Assembly (NCBI RefSeq): GCF_021869535.1
Contig: NW_026262701.1
Span: 104,594,001 to 104,658,000 of the forward strand
DNA length: 64,000 nucleotides
From: Mytilus californianus
Lineage: Eukaryota
Direction of reading: 5' to 3'
Positions 14,401-26,600 of the stretch are shown here, one piece after another. The notes beneath the pieces are model-generated. The model did no database searches, was not told where the DNA came from, and saw only the letters and a program-made list of their open reading frames with translations. The stretch's first letter is position 1; every line of letters starts with the position of its first letter. The position numbers and the translations under genes are program-made.

Positions 14401-17400
14401 AACCCAACTAAATAGGGTTAGCCATGCGCGCATGGCTAAGGTGGGTTAGTTAGTTCATACTGAAATGATAGTGAAAGTAAAATTAACTTTAGCCATGCAC
14501 GCATGGCTAACCCTATTTAGTTGGGTTAGTTTTTATCATACATTTCTAATCAATTTTCCAGAATTCAAAATTATTCCAGATTCAAATAATTCCTTGTTTA
14601 ATGGTATTCCTGTGCTATATCTATTTTCTGTTAATGTTATTCATGTGTAATATAAACTTTGTGATAATGTTTTTCATGTGTAATAATATTAATATCAATT
14701 TTTCTGATAATGTTATTCATGTGTAATATCAATTTTGTGTTAATGGTATTTCTAATCTTTCAATCAGTTTAATTAAGGTCTGGAGCTGGCATGTCAGTAA
14801 CTGCTAGCTATATATATATATAGTAGTCCTTTGTTAATTTATGTTATTGTTGTCATTTTGCTTAGTTTCTTCTGTTACCTATTCTAACATCGGACTCAGA
14901 CTTCTTTTAAACTGAATGTTTACTGTGCATATTGCTGTGTGTTTGTTTAGTCCACATTGGCTAGAGGTATAGGGGGAAGGTTGAGATCTCACAAAACATG
15001 TTTAACCCCGCCGCATTTTTGCGCCTGTCCCAAAGCAGGAACCTCTGGCCTGTATGTTTTTTTTTAAATTTTGGTTCATTTATATGTTTCGTAGTTTAGT
15101 GTGACGTCCATTTTCGCTGAACAAGTATACATTATTGATTAGGGGCCAGCTGAAGCCCGCCTCCGGGTGCTGGATTTTCTCGCTGTGTTGAAGACCCATT
15201 AGTGGACTTGGGCTGTTTTCTGCTCTTTGGTAGGGTTGTTGTCTCTTAGACGCATTCCCCATTTCCATTCTCAATTTTATTTCTGTGTTATATCAATTGT
15301 CTGTTAATGTTATTTAAGGAATGACAGTAATATTTTTTCTGTCTATGAAGAAATAACATAAAAAATATGGTGCACACTAAATAACCCGCGTAGCTGGTTA
15401 TCTAAAAGTTTGCACCACATTTTTTATTTCAGCTTTCAGCCAATCAGAAGACGTGTTACATCCAAAATTAAATTATTCATGTGTAATATCAATTTTCTGA
15501 TAATGTTATTCATGTGTAATATCAATTTTCTGTTAATGGACTAAATGATATTCCTAAGTAATATTAATTTCTTTATAATGGTATTCCTATGTAATTCTAT
15601 ATAATTTTGGTATGTAAAGTGAAAATACCAAATCACTCACTTATATGGACTAGATATTAGTATAATAAGTTATGTTCAAATTTGTAAACTCAACCGAACA
15701 TAAAACATTTATCAATATAATATAAAACTCTCACATGGGAGTAGCCACTTGCAAAAGTCAATGCAAAAACAGACCTATCTATAAATACCATAAACACATG
15801 TACTTTAAAACACAACAGACTTGTATAGATAAATGTACAACTTTGATGAATATAATAAATGTGATCATAGTCATAAATACATTTAAAGAATCAATACATA
15901 ATAAAATGCTCCGCAGGGCGCAGCTTGATACGACCGCAGAGGTCGAACCCTGAACAGTTGGGGCAAGTATGGACACAACATTCAAGCTTGATACAGCTCT
16001 GAATTTGGATTGATTAAATATTTGACACAGCATAGGTTTCTGACACAGAATGAATGTGGTCTAAGAACTTAAAAATTTTAAATTGGACCTTCACCTATTA
16101 TGGTCCAATATCCAAAATCTAAATACATGGTTAGATTCAGCATATCAAAGAACCCCAAGAATTTAATTTTTGATGAAATCAAACAAAGTTTAATTTTGGA
16201 CCCTTTTGATCTCAATGTGGACAAAGTTGATAACGGGGCCCAAAAATCAAAAATCTAAATACATGGTTAGATTCAGCATATCAAAGAACCCCATATATTC
16301 AATTTTTGTTGAAATCAAACAAAGTTTAATTTTGGACCCCGATTTGGACCAACTTGAAAACTGGGCCCATAATCAAAAATCTAAACACATGTTTAGATTC
16401 AGCATATCAAAGAACCCTAAAAATTCAATTTTTGTTAAAATCAAACTAAGTTTAATTTTGGACCCTTTGGACCTTTATGTAGACCAATTTGAAAACGGAA
16501 CCAAAAATTAAGAATCTAAATACACGGTTAGATTCGGCATATCAAAGAACCCTAATAATTCGATTTTTGATGAAATCAAACAAAGTTAAATTATGGACCC
16601 TTTGGACCTCAATGTGGACAAATTTAAAAATGGGGCCCAAAATCCAAAAACTTAATACACGGTTAGATTCAGCATATGAAAGAACCCCATATATTCAATT
16701 TTTGTTGAAATCAAACAAAGTTTAATTTTGGACCCCGATTTGGACCAACTTGAAAACTGGGCCCATAATCAAAAATCTAAATACATGGTTAGATTCAGCA
16801 TATCAAAGAACCCCATATATTCAATTTTTGTTGAAATCAAACAAAGTTTAATTTTGGACCCCGATTTGGACCAACTTGAAAACTGGGCCCATAATCAAAA
16901 ATCTAAATGCATGGTTAGATTCAGCATATCAAAGAACCCCATATATTCAATTTTTGTTGAAATTAAACTAAGTTTAATTTTGGACCCTTTGGACCTTTAT
17001 AGAGACCAATTTGAAAACGGAACCAAAAATTAAGAATCTAAATACACGGTTAGATTCGGCATATCAAAGAACCCCAATAATTCAATTTTTGATGAAATCA
17101 AACAAAGTTAAATTTTGGACCCTTTGGACCTCAATGTGGACCAATTTAAAAACGGGCCCCAAAATCCAAAAACTTAATACATGGTTAGATTCAGCATATT
17201 AAAGAACCCCAAGAATTCAAGAATAAAACCCCATTGAAATTGATCAAGAAATAAGCAATTTATACGAAGTATATTCTTTTGCACAATACTGTGCAATTGA
17301 ATATTTCTTGCTATTGCGCAATACTGTACAATTGACAATTTCTTGCTATTGCGCAATATTGTGCTATTGGATATTTCTTGCTATTGCGCAATACTGTGCA

Positions 17401-20400
17401 ATTGAAGATTTCTTGCTATTGCGCAATACTGTGCAATTGAAGATTTCTTGCTATTGTGCAATACTGTGCAATTGAAAATTTCTTGCTATTGCACAATACT
17501 TATTGTATAATAATTTACACATCCTGTTTGGTGTGTATCTCCTACCATATCATTATTATTTGCTTTTAAATATAAATCAGAAATAACCAACTTAAAATGG
17601 AAAATTTTAAAAGAAAAAAAAAAATCCCCCCCCCCCAAATTTTTTGAACCCCCTTATGATTCATCACCCCCAAACTCAATCCCAGCCTTCCCTTTGTGGT
17701 ATGGTACCTTGCAGTACAATTTCAGAGAGATCCATACACTTGAACACAAGTTATTGTCTGGAAACTAGAAAAATGCTTATTTTTGGCCCCTTTTTGGCCC
17801 CCAATTCCTAAACGTTTCGGGCAATTACCCCCAAACTCAATTCCAGCTTTCCCTTTGTGATATGGAACCTTGTAGTACAATTTAAGAAATATCCAAACAC
17901 TTACACACAAGTAATTGTCATGAAACTAGAAAAATGCTTGTTTTTTGCCCCTTTTTTGGCCCCTAATTCCTAAAATTTTGAGGCAATTACCCCCAAAATC
18001 AATTACAGCCTTCCCTATGTGATATGGAACCTTGTGGTACAATGTCAGAGAGATCCATACACTTACACACAAGTTATTGTCTGGAAGTTAAAAAATGCTT
18101 ATTTTTGGCCCCTTTTTGGCCCCTAATTCCTTAACTGTTGGTACCATAACCCCCAAAATCAATCCCAACCTTCCTTTCGTGGTATTGAACCTTATGGTAA
18201 AATTTCATGGAGATCCATTCACTTAAACTAAAGTTAGAGTGCGAAAACCAATGTGTCTTCGGACGACGCCGGATGACGACGACGACGACGACGCCAACGT
18301 CATACCAATATACGACCAAAAAATTTTTAATTTTTGCGGTCGTATAAAAATATATGAGATATTAAAACATGTAAACATGGTAAAAGAAGTTCAAAGATAG
18401 AGTTGTTTTTAGATTTTTTTTTTATCCTGGGCACAAGATAATTGTATACTGTATATGTACTATGTATACAAATAAGGTGATCTGCAATATAGATCATTTG
18501 ATATTACTTGCTTTAAAAATAATTATCATCATAATTACTATAAAAATCAATATTAATACCCTTAAAACATTTATTTTGTGGAATCTTATTAAAATCAAAC
18601 ATCTGACATGTTTTCAATGAGGATGTACAATATAAATTACTCTTGTCAATTTTGACCTTAAGGGTGAAAATATACTGTATATGCATATATGTACATGTAG
18701 CAGAATTTTTCTTATCATTATTTAATTTATTGACATGTTTTTTGGGGGAATTACTTTGCTTAAACTCAAGTTTGCTATAAGAAAAATCCAAAGTTGCTTG
18801 TCAAACTAGTGCTTAAGGCCATTGTTGTTTCCATCCCAGACCAAAATAGGTCAATATTTATTTGAATTACATCTTCCCTTCAATTTGCATAATTTTTCTG
18901 TCCCTTACATGTGTAGCTGTGTGTTGTTTCAGTTCAGGTATTTTGCACTATATATTTTTTTTCTAAAAGAACATATAAAAGGCTAAGGAATAATTTTTTA
19001 CTCTAAAAAATCTAACTCTTGTAGAGTGCTTGTGTGGTTACAGGCACACACACTCTACCTAGAAAAATAAATGCAGAATGTGTTCATGGGACCCTCGCTT
19101 GCATTTTTAAAAATGTTATAAAAGGACACAACTAGAGAACTGTAAAAGTGATGCCACCCGAATTCAAATTTGATCTGTGTTTTATGGTAATAAGCATTGT
19201 GTGTAAGTTACATAACATTTGGTTGAGTCAAACTAAAGTTAAAGAACGGAAACAAAAAATTCAGCAATTTTTCCATTTATAAAGGGGCATAACTCTAGAA
19301 TAGTATAAGTGACACCACCCAAATTCAAACTTGATCTGTGTTTTGTGGTAATAAGCATGGTGTATAAGTTTCATAACATTTGTTTGGGGCAAACTAAAGA
19401 AAGGGAAAGGAAGCTAATTTTGGGATGTACGTAAGGACGTACAGACAGACAAGGGTAACACTTAATGCCCCTCCACCGCGGCAGGGGCATAAAAATCTAC
19501 AGTAAGAAACAGAAATTGATCAGACCTTTTGTATGAGTATGTACAAAACTCCTGTTTAAAACTTATTTTTAGACTATAATACAAGGCTATGAAAGTCCTT
19601 CTAGTAAAACAACTTCTTGTATAATGTAATAGCACAGGTTTATATTTAGTTGTTTCTTATATGTAAATTACTTTGTAGCCGAAGCAAAGGCATCTGTCAT
19701 TACAGTAGCAAAGTCTCTGGTGAACTCAGGTCCTTTCTTCTTACTGTTTTGTATAACATCATTAGCAAGGTACATATATATCAGTCTCATGGAAGGACGA
19801 ACTGAAAACAATTAAGCAAAGCATCATTGAATAGGTGTGTACGTATACACATACAAGATCAATGCATACATGTACATGCAGTAAGCAAAATCAACAATGG
19901 TCCTAAGGCCTGTCACCTGTGGCCAATAATATTTTGTTACGATCAGTAATTTTTAGAGCACATGTCCAGTTAGTTTTCAGAATATTCATGAAAGATAGAA
20001 AACTTTTCTACATGATATTATTAATCATATAGCTTGTTTTGGAAATATAAATATTCCTAATAAATTCACTTTGCAAAAAAATATTTTGTACTATGGGTCA
20101 GTTTCATGAAGTGATTACCAAAGTTGTTAGCATCCACGACCCTGGGGGTCTCTTCCTATATCAAGGTATTCACAGATGTGCCGCTGGTATGGGTAACTTT
20201 TTAGGAATGTCAAATATTTCAACGGGGACAGGTGCAATTTCACAGAGGTAACATAACAATGGGTAGAAATTTATATGTGAATGGGTAAAAATTATATATA
20301 AATGTTCATCTTCTGTTAAAAACTGTGTACAGGTGTACTGATCTTTTATTGTATAATATATTTACATGCATGATCCCACATGGTCAACATCTTAATATAT

Positions 20401-23319
20401 ATAAGATTATTTGTTTGATACCTGGGAAATATATTTTCCTACTTATGTACATGTAAGAGTTTGGATTTTTCGCAAAAATCAATATATGAATTGGGGTGAT
20501 TTTAAAAACCCAGCCAGACGTCTGTACCGAAAATTGTAACGGTTATGTTGATCTAAATAAACACACCTTTAACTGGTCTGAATATTTTCACTGAAATTAT
20601 TCAGATATTTTTTTGGCACTGCTTGAACTGGTAAAGAGCAAATTGATCACCTGAACAGGTTATCATGATGATCATATGATGATTATATAAATTAAGTTAA
20701 CAGTGCAAAAAAATTGTTTTGAATGTTAGAGAGAACATGAATATTACAAACATAACAAAGTGTAATTGATCTTATAAAAGGCAAGAACTGTTGGTTGAAA
20801 AAATAAGTTATTAATCTTTTTGGATACCAGATTTATTAAGAAATTGATCCCTCAAGAGATGAAGATTTTCAAAGGGATCAATCAAGCAACTTAACCATTT
20901 TTTTAAATACAGTTTTTAACTTCTACCGTTGAGTTACCATGGTTACCACTGTCAGATATCAGGTTGACTATTCTGTCACTTTAGGGTGTACACATGAATA
21001 ATTTTGAAATAAAGAACAAAATAAAGATGCTCTTTCACGTCATTTAAAGTCAAAGATCTAAACAAATGCCATTTTCAACATTTACCATAGTTATCCGGGT
21101 CATTATCAAAAAAACATGCAAAACTATGTTATTTGGTCTTTTCAAGTCAAAAGACATGAAACTATATCAAAATGTATCAAAATAACTATTGCATATGAAA
21201 GATATGAATGTTTTGTGATACACTATACACAGTTTACAGTATGAAATGTTATAAAAACATCCTTAGTTTTTTCTCAAACCCTTGGATATAGCCAGAATCA
21301 ACTGTTATTTTTTACTATAAATCCCTTCAGACCTGAAATAGGGCTATTATTCATATCATTTGTTATTAAAAATTATCACTTTTTATTGCATTTGATACAT
21401 ACAAACATTTTTTTAATGATTTGGAAGGTGTATGTTGGTTTTATGATAAAAAATTTAACCAAAAGGAAAAGTCTCATTTTTTAAGTCAATGGTGTAACCA
21501 AAAGACAAATTGGTAGGGTAAGAGTTATCTTTCTCAATATTTCAGCATTTACAATAGTTTCTCCCTTAGCAATGTTACCTGTAAGCATGTTATGCAAAAG
21601 AAAACAAACATTTATGTTGAAAATTTAGTAAAAAAATATTAAAAGTAAGTACAAACTATATCATAATTGAAAATAGTGTCCATGGTGTACCCTTATATAT
21701 AAAATTTTTTTTTTTTTTAAATTCATGAACTTTGAATTATGAAATATATTGATTGTAGAAACATGCACCAGGAACACCATATAAAAAAGGGGAATGGAGC
21801 CCTTATTTTGTAACTAAATCTTAAAATACACCTGAAAATCAATGGTGTTACTGTCAATGGTGAGACCATTTTAATAAAATAACACCATTGACCAGCTTAG
21901 TAACACCACTGAATATATTATGACAATCAGCATTTTTTGGTGTTTCTTTCGTGTTTAACAAGCGAAACATCATATTATTTATAACAAACAATACTTATTT
22001 AACAATGTTTTAACAATATCATGTATTACATATACAAAGTTTTCAAAAAACTGGTGTATGCTGGTAACACCAATGACACTATTTAGTAACACTACTGACA
22101 TTTTTAGTTATTGATATTATGTTATATAATTTGAGATTTTTCAGCCTAAGAATTATTTTTTCTTCTTTTTCTTTTGCTCATCGATCAGTGTTTTCTGTTT
22201 TGTGTTCAGTACTTAATAAAAGTAAAATTTGAAATGTGTTGTCAATGGTGATACTTTTGTGTCATTGGAGTTACTGAAGAGTCAGTGGTGTTACTATATA
22301 AAAATGCGATACTTTTTAATTTTTATTCATAAATGAAAGTGTTTTTAGGTTGTATACGAAGGATTAAGCATATTCTTATCATTTCATCTTATACATTATA
22401 CATATAATCAACTTAAGTGTATTTTTTAGTATTTACAACAGCCATAATTAGGACAGCCAACTTTTTTACGACAATGTATTCTGAAATTTATGTTTAAAAA
22501 GAATGTATAGCTAGAGGAATAATGTCAATAAGTAGTAATTTAAACCTTAACAACAAATTGGAACAGTTGTTTGATGTTTAACAATAATATTTAGTACCTA
22601 AATGCATGTTTTAAATTGGTAACACCATTGACACGATTCTATCAAAGGATGACCTGATGACCTAAAATTGTTAAAATTGAAGGAACCCTTCATTTTTCCC
22701 ATTGCATATTTCTGAAAATAGTTGCTACCATACTATAGAATAGAGGGACACATTTAAATGTTTTAAACAATGACATCATTTTTCCAAATATTACTTCATC
22801 GAAATTTGCATGTTTTTTTATAATGACCCATCCTCAAATCAAAACTTTTTGCATTTAAAACGTATATCCTATTCGGTTATTAAAATGTATATCGAAGTTC
22901 AGATAAATATGTAACTCATTTGGATAGCTGACCAGTCCTAACCTGAATAACAGAATAACTGAATAAGGCAAACCATTTTTGTGACATGTAATGATGTATT
23001 AAAGTACACCTTTACCAGTTTACAGAATATGACAGTTCCTAGCTAACATTGCAGAATGTCACCTCAATGTTGGAAGTTTTATCTCCATCAAAGATACCCA
23101 ACATCGACATTTAAGACACGTTACACGTGCTGTACTGTGCAGGAGATGTTGTGGACTGTTGTACTGACCTTTTTGCAATTCTCTCAACCATACTTGGGTG
23201 ATGGTTTTTGAATGCTTTCTGTGATGAATCAGCCATAATGATAACGTCTGAATACTCTGCTGTGTGTTATTCAGTTCGCTTAATTTCTTTACGAAGTTGC
23301 TATCTGTAAATGAAGACAT
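2488..23319 (-). CDS. RPRD1B: Regulation of nuclear pre-mRNA domain-containing protein 1 (RPRD1A/B, CREPT-like); CID plus coiled-coil, 352 aa, 8 coding exons
   Basis: Exons (minus): 23169-23319, 19672-19801, 13737-13843, 10032-10121, 8830-8945, 7604-7730, 3908-4083, 2488-2649. Total 1059 nt, all GT-AG, phases consistent. N-terminus MSSFTDSNFVKKLSELNNTQQSIQTLSLWLIHHRKH...YLANDVIQNSKKKGPEF is a CID domain. Contains SASSDAAVREKIAALPPEVSD. C-terminus LPDFDLLPRLTGGLAPLPSAGDLF matches the RPRD1 family signature. The single invertebrate gene is probably co-orthologous to RPRD1A and RPRD1B. Confidence 0.96.
2985..3192. mobile_element. Small TA-flanked MITE family (TACTGTGGATTC... ends); related copies at about 6481-6570, 9345-9493 and 36990-37130
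   Basis: Recurrent 5' end TACTGYGGATTCATT-ATT-GTGGG-ACCAATT and a degenerate inverted end. Confidence 0.45.
5612..5745 (+). mobile_element. tRNA-derived SINE (degenerate)
   Basis: A-box-like TGGTAGAGTGGTCTA and B-box-like GGGTTCAAATCCC, followed by a non-tRNA tail. No complete cloverleaf. Confidence 0.55.
6151..6480 (+). mobile_element. Partial 5' copy of Helentron-associated-like family B, truncated where a MITE begins at 6481
   Basis: Matches the start of 15899-18350 (GCAGAGGTCRAACCCTGAACAGTTGGGGCAAGTATGGAC) plus one to two satellite monomers. Confidence 0.7.
9921..10070 (-). repeat. 50-bp tandem triplication covering the 3' end and splice donor of RPRD1B exon 4
   Basis: GTACTAACCTTTRACCTTATT-ACAG-TACATAT-CC-CTACTTTTT repeats with a period of 50 nt. 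Confidence 0.9.
14330..14598. mobile_element. 269-bp foldback MITE with long TIRs and TAAT target-site duplication
   Basis: Termini AACAAGGAATTATTTGAATCTGGAATAATTTTGAATTCTGGAAAATTGAT and its reverse complement, with arms of about 110 bp. TAAT at 14326-14329 and 14599-14602. Confidence 0.85.
14755..15279 (+). mobile_element. 5'-truncated copy of retroposon tail family P (reverse complement of 51455-51965)
   Basis: Collinear with 51455-51965 and ends in CATTCCCCATTTCCATTCTCAATTTTA. Confidence 0.8.
15899..18350 (+). mobile_element. Non-autonomous Helentron-associated-like (HINE/DINE-type) element, family B, about 2.45 kb, with three internal tandem arrays
   Basis: 5' subterminal TACGACCGCA is inverted to the 3' TGCGGTCGTA. 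3' hairpin TATACGACC...GGTCGTATA. (GAC)n microsatellite near the 3' end. Arrays: 122-141-bp monomers (16080-17220), 35-bp units (17275-17500), about 160-bp units (17660-18230). The Helentron link is inferred from architecture only. Confidence 0.7.
19064..19495 (-). mobile_element. Non-autonomous HINE-like family C copy (reverse orientation)
   Basis: Reverse complement of the 31255-32436 element. Ends GGGGCATAAAAA, with a (GTAC/GGAC/AGAC)n microsatellite and about 2.5 internal monomers. Confidence 0.75.
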
Positions 23320-23647
23320 GTCTATGCTGTTTGTTTCTCAGGACCACAGCTGTCCCAAAAAACGGAAGTAAACAAGATTGTCAAATAAAATGCTTTAGGG
23401 TATGCTTGATATTTGTATCATACAAAATATGTTTAATACCTGACAATATCATTCTTAAAGTATTTCATTGTTTAAGGAGGACAGTTTCTTTATTCATAAA
23501 GGAGTATTGATTAAGATCTCGACAAGAAACCGATTCCAAAGTTTTTTTGTAACTTGCCCACCCCTAAAAATTTCAATGGGAGAGTACGGTATTATTTCCG
23601 GTTTAAGATTTCTAGTGTGGGTTCATTGCAAAAGCACAAGCAAGAAA
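23320..23647. promoter_or_regulatory. Bidirectional promoter region shared by RPRD1B and POLR2C
   Basis: The divergent ATGs are only 328 bp apart. ETS/GABP-type cores are present: CGGAAGT at 23363-23369 and TTCCGG at 23596-23601. The TSSs cannot be read from sequence. Confidence 0.75.
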
Positions 23648-26600
23648 ATGCCCTACGCTAATCAACCTACTGTAACTTTAACAGAATTAACAGACGAGAA
23701 TCTTAAATTTACCCTTGAAGATACTGATTTGAGGTTACTAAAACACTAAATTAATATACATGTACAATGTATCTGCTATGATTCTAAAATTCAGATTCTG
23801 ATACAGGTGAACAGTTCAAAAGAGGATGAATTCAAGTGATTTAATAAAAAAAAAAAGCAAAACTTTTTTTTTCCTTCAAATTAGATCATTTGGAATCTTA
23901 TCATACTGGCAACATAGATTTTTACATGGTGTAATGACATTGCTAAAGTAAAAATTATCAAATAATCATAATATAATGCTTTATTATCCATCTACAGTAG
24001 TGTCTGGTAAATATTCCGTCCGTCCGGTTAACCTGCCCACTCCCATTCACTTACGTAATTGTCACTTCCGTGAATATTTCGTCTGCTATTTTATTCATAG
24101 GAACTGTGCTTATCATCACTATATGTCAAATTTTAAAGAAAAATCCTTTATTTCGAAAATATCTAGTGATATATCATGTACATATAATACAGTTCCTAAA
24201 GCTAACAATAATCCAATTAAAATTAAAATAAAAACACAGGGGACCCACTTGTTTTGTTGATTTTAAAATTTATTTCAGATATTTTCGGGCAAATGAGATA
24301 AACTACTCAAAATTGATTTGTGGGTGAACTGATTTACATTAAATTTGATACAATTTGTATATAATTAAGCAGAAATACAAACAATCAAAGCCTTGTGTGG
24401 GCGGCTTTACCAGACTGCATCATACATATTTCTGTACTCGGTCACAACTTTGACTATTACGTGCAATTGCATGCGTGACTTATGTACATTTAAAAAGAGA
24501 AGGAAATTTTAAGCCTTATAACAATACAATAAGTAACATTGGTGAAAAGTAAAACATTGAAAAATAAAAATATATTACAGTGATTTTTTTCTTTTATTTT
24601 GTGTCGATTGTTATCCTATGTATATTTCTTGGTAAAACTATGTACATGTTATGCAGTGTTTAAAATATTTGTGAAAGAGCAGATATAGAAATGTACTCTT
24701 TGAAGGGGTCAACTGTTGTACAAAGGATTGCTGATGTTGGTAGTAGGTTCATTTGTACTATGTGTGCGAATAAAATGAGAATTTGTAAGAATCTTTATTG
24801 GTTTGAATTTGTTTACAGTGGTTAGAATGTTTATGTCTTGTTCAGCTGTCTGATGTAATAAGAAGATCTTTAGAGTAAATTGCTAAATGTTGGTGTATAA
24901 TTGTATAGAATACTACTAGTCTGGTTTGTATACATCTTATTTGCAGTGTAGGCCACACTGTAAGTGTTCAATATGAATAAGAAGCATGGTATGAGTGCCA
25001 ATGAGACAACTCTCCATCCAAGTCACAATGTATAAAAAGTAAACAATTATAGGTCAAAGTACCTAAACTGAAAGGTCATAGACCAAAATGGAAGATTGGG
25101 ATTTAGGTCCAAAAGTTTTTTTACAGAAATAATTTTGGTCATTTTTTTTGGATCAGTTGCTTAATCGCCATTTTGCACTTGTTTCTGGATCCTTGCTTAT
25201 ATCCCTATTTTGGAATCTGCGACACTTGAACTGTTGACATCATTCAACGATCACTTTTCCTTTGTGGATTCATTCATTTTCTCTTGTGACATCAAAATTT
25301 ATGGCAACTTCTGTGATGTCAATCAATGAAGGACGAATATATAGTGATAGAGGGTAGGAATGCCTTTTACCATCAGGCATCAAAAGATCATTTTCGGCTA
25401 CCGTTAGCATCAAATTGGTTAAAATTTTATTGTGATTTGTCAAAATATCTTTATCCTGATTTGTCAGAGGTTTCAAATAATTAACCGTTACCGTTATTTT
25501 TGGAAAGAATTTAACGTGACTCGTCAAAATCAGTCGATTTTTTATCGTCATAAAGAAAGTGTCCTTTTTATCGTCATGCACCAAAAATTACTGTTAACGT
25601 CATTTGGCAAGATTTTTTACCTTTATTCGTCATGGAGGTACCCCTATTAAGACCCTCGTGATAACGTGTATGGTGTATTGCTTTACAAAAAAAACAAAAA
25701 AAATTATTAACATGATTAAATTCTCATCCTTATTCTGCTGAAATGTCATCTGGCACTGCAATGCTGAATCATTCCCATGTAGGTCATGGTATTTTGCTAT
25801 TATTATATGAAGTTATTTTGATGTAAACAAATGACTTGTCCAATGTTTTCAGGTAACTTCATACTCACATTAAAGTATTTTTTTGGATAAAGAATAAGAT
25901 ATATATATAAAAAACAAATGGTGTTCGGAAAGATATACACAGACATGTGAAATTTACATTGGTTGAAATTTCTGGCAGAAAATAATAGTACAATCTTACT
26001 TTCAAAATCAGAATTCTTTACTGACTGTGACGAGGATGGAAATGTTTTGTTTTTTAATGAAAAAAGCATTTAAAGTTTCTATACATGAGCCTTTACGATA
26101 AAACTTTTTGTCTAGGAATGAACTTGTGCAGTTGACGACTGATTATATTTCATTTTATTCGTTTTACAGTGTTGCAAATGCTGTTAGAAGAGTATGCATA
26201 GCTGAAGTTCCAACCATGGGTAAATATGATATGAAATTATGTAGCATTTATATATATGTTATTTTAAATTTTTTTGAAAAAGACATGGTAACTTATATGT
26301 TTATCTTTCACAAAAACTATAAAGAAAGAAACCTCAGTGAAATTTCCATAATGATATGAAAAAAATTAAGAAACAAAGATTTGAATTTCATTTTACAGTC
26401 TGTTGCAAGTCAGAGAGAGGGTTGAAACACGTATAACTCTGCCACACAGTTTAATGTTCCTGTCTGAAGCCAAGGCTTGTAGTGCAGGGGCTTTTTTTCA
26501 TTTATATTATTTACCTAACCTGTTAGATATATATACTTGAATATATTGTTCCTTAGCAAATAAATTTTTTTTGAAGTATTACTATTTATGTGAAAAGGTA

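Larger units (their letters stand above)
14130..15600. repeat. About 33-bp minisatellite (GTTATTCATGTGTAATATCAATTTTCTGTTAAT) interrupted by three insertions
   Basis: Units are visible at about 14130-14329, 14599-14755, 15280-15305 and 15475-15600. Confidence 0.75.

Noticed and set aside
15735-16033. ORFs containing SILAPTVQGSTSAVVSSCA, also at 6065, 38420 and 55946
   Set aside because: The shared peptide is just the conserved 5' end of the family B repeat read in a chance frame.
16206-17202. ORFs of 63-101 aa in duplicated pairs
   Set aside because: They are translations of the satellite array inside a family B element.
25270-25650. ORFs of 104 aa and 72 aa in POLR2C intron 1
   Set aside because: They lie in a repeat-like segment with a probable single TIR (ending CCCCTATTAAGACCCTC) and show no protein motif.
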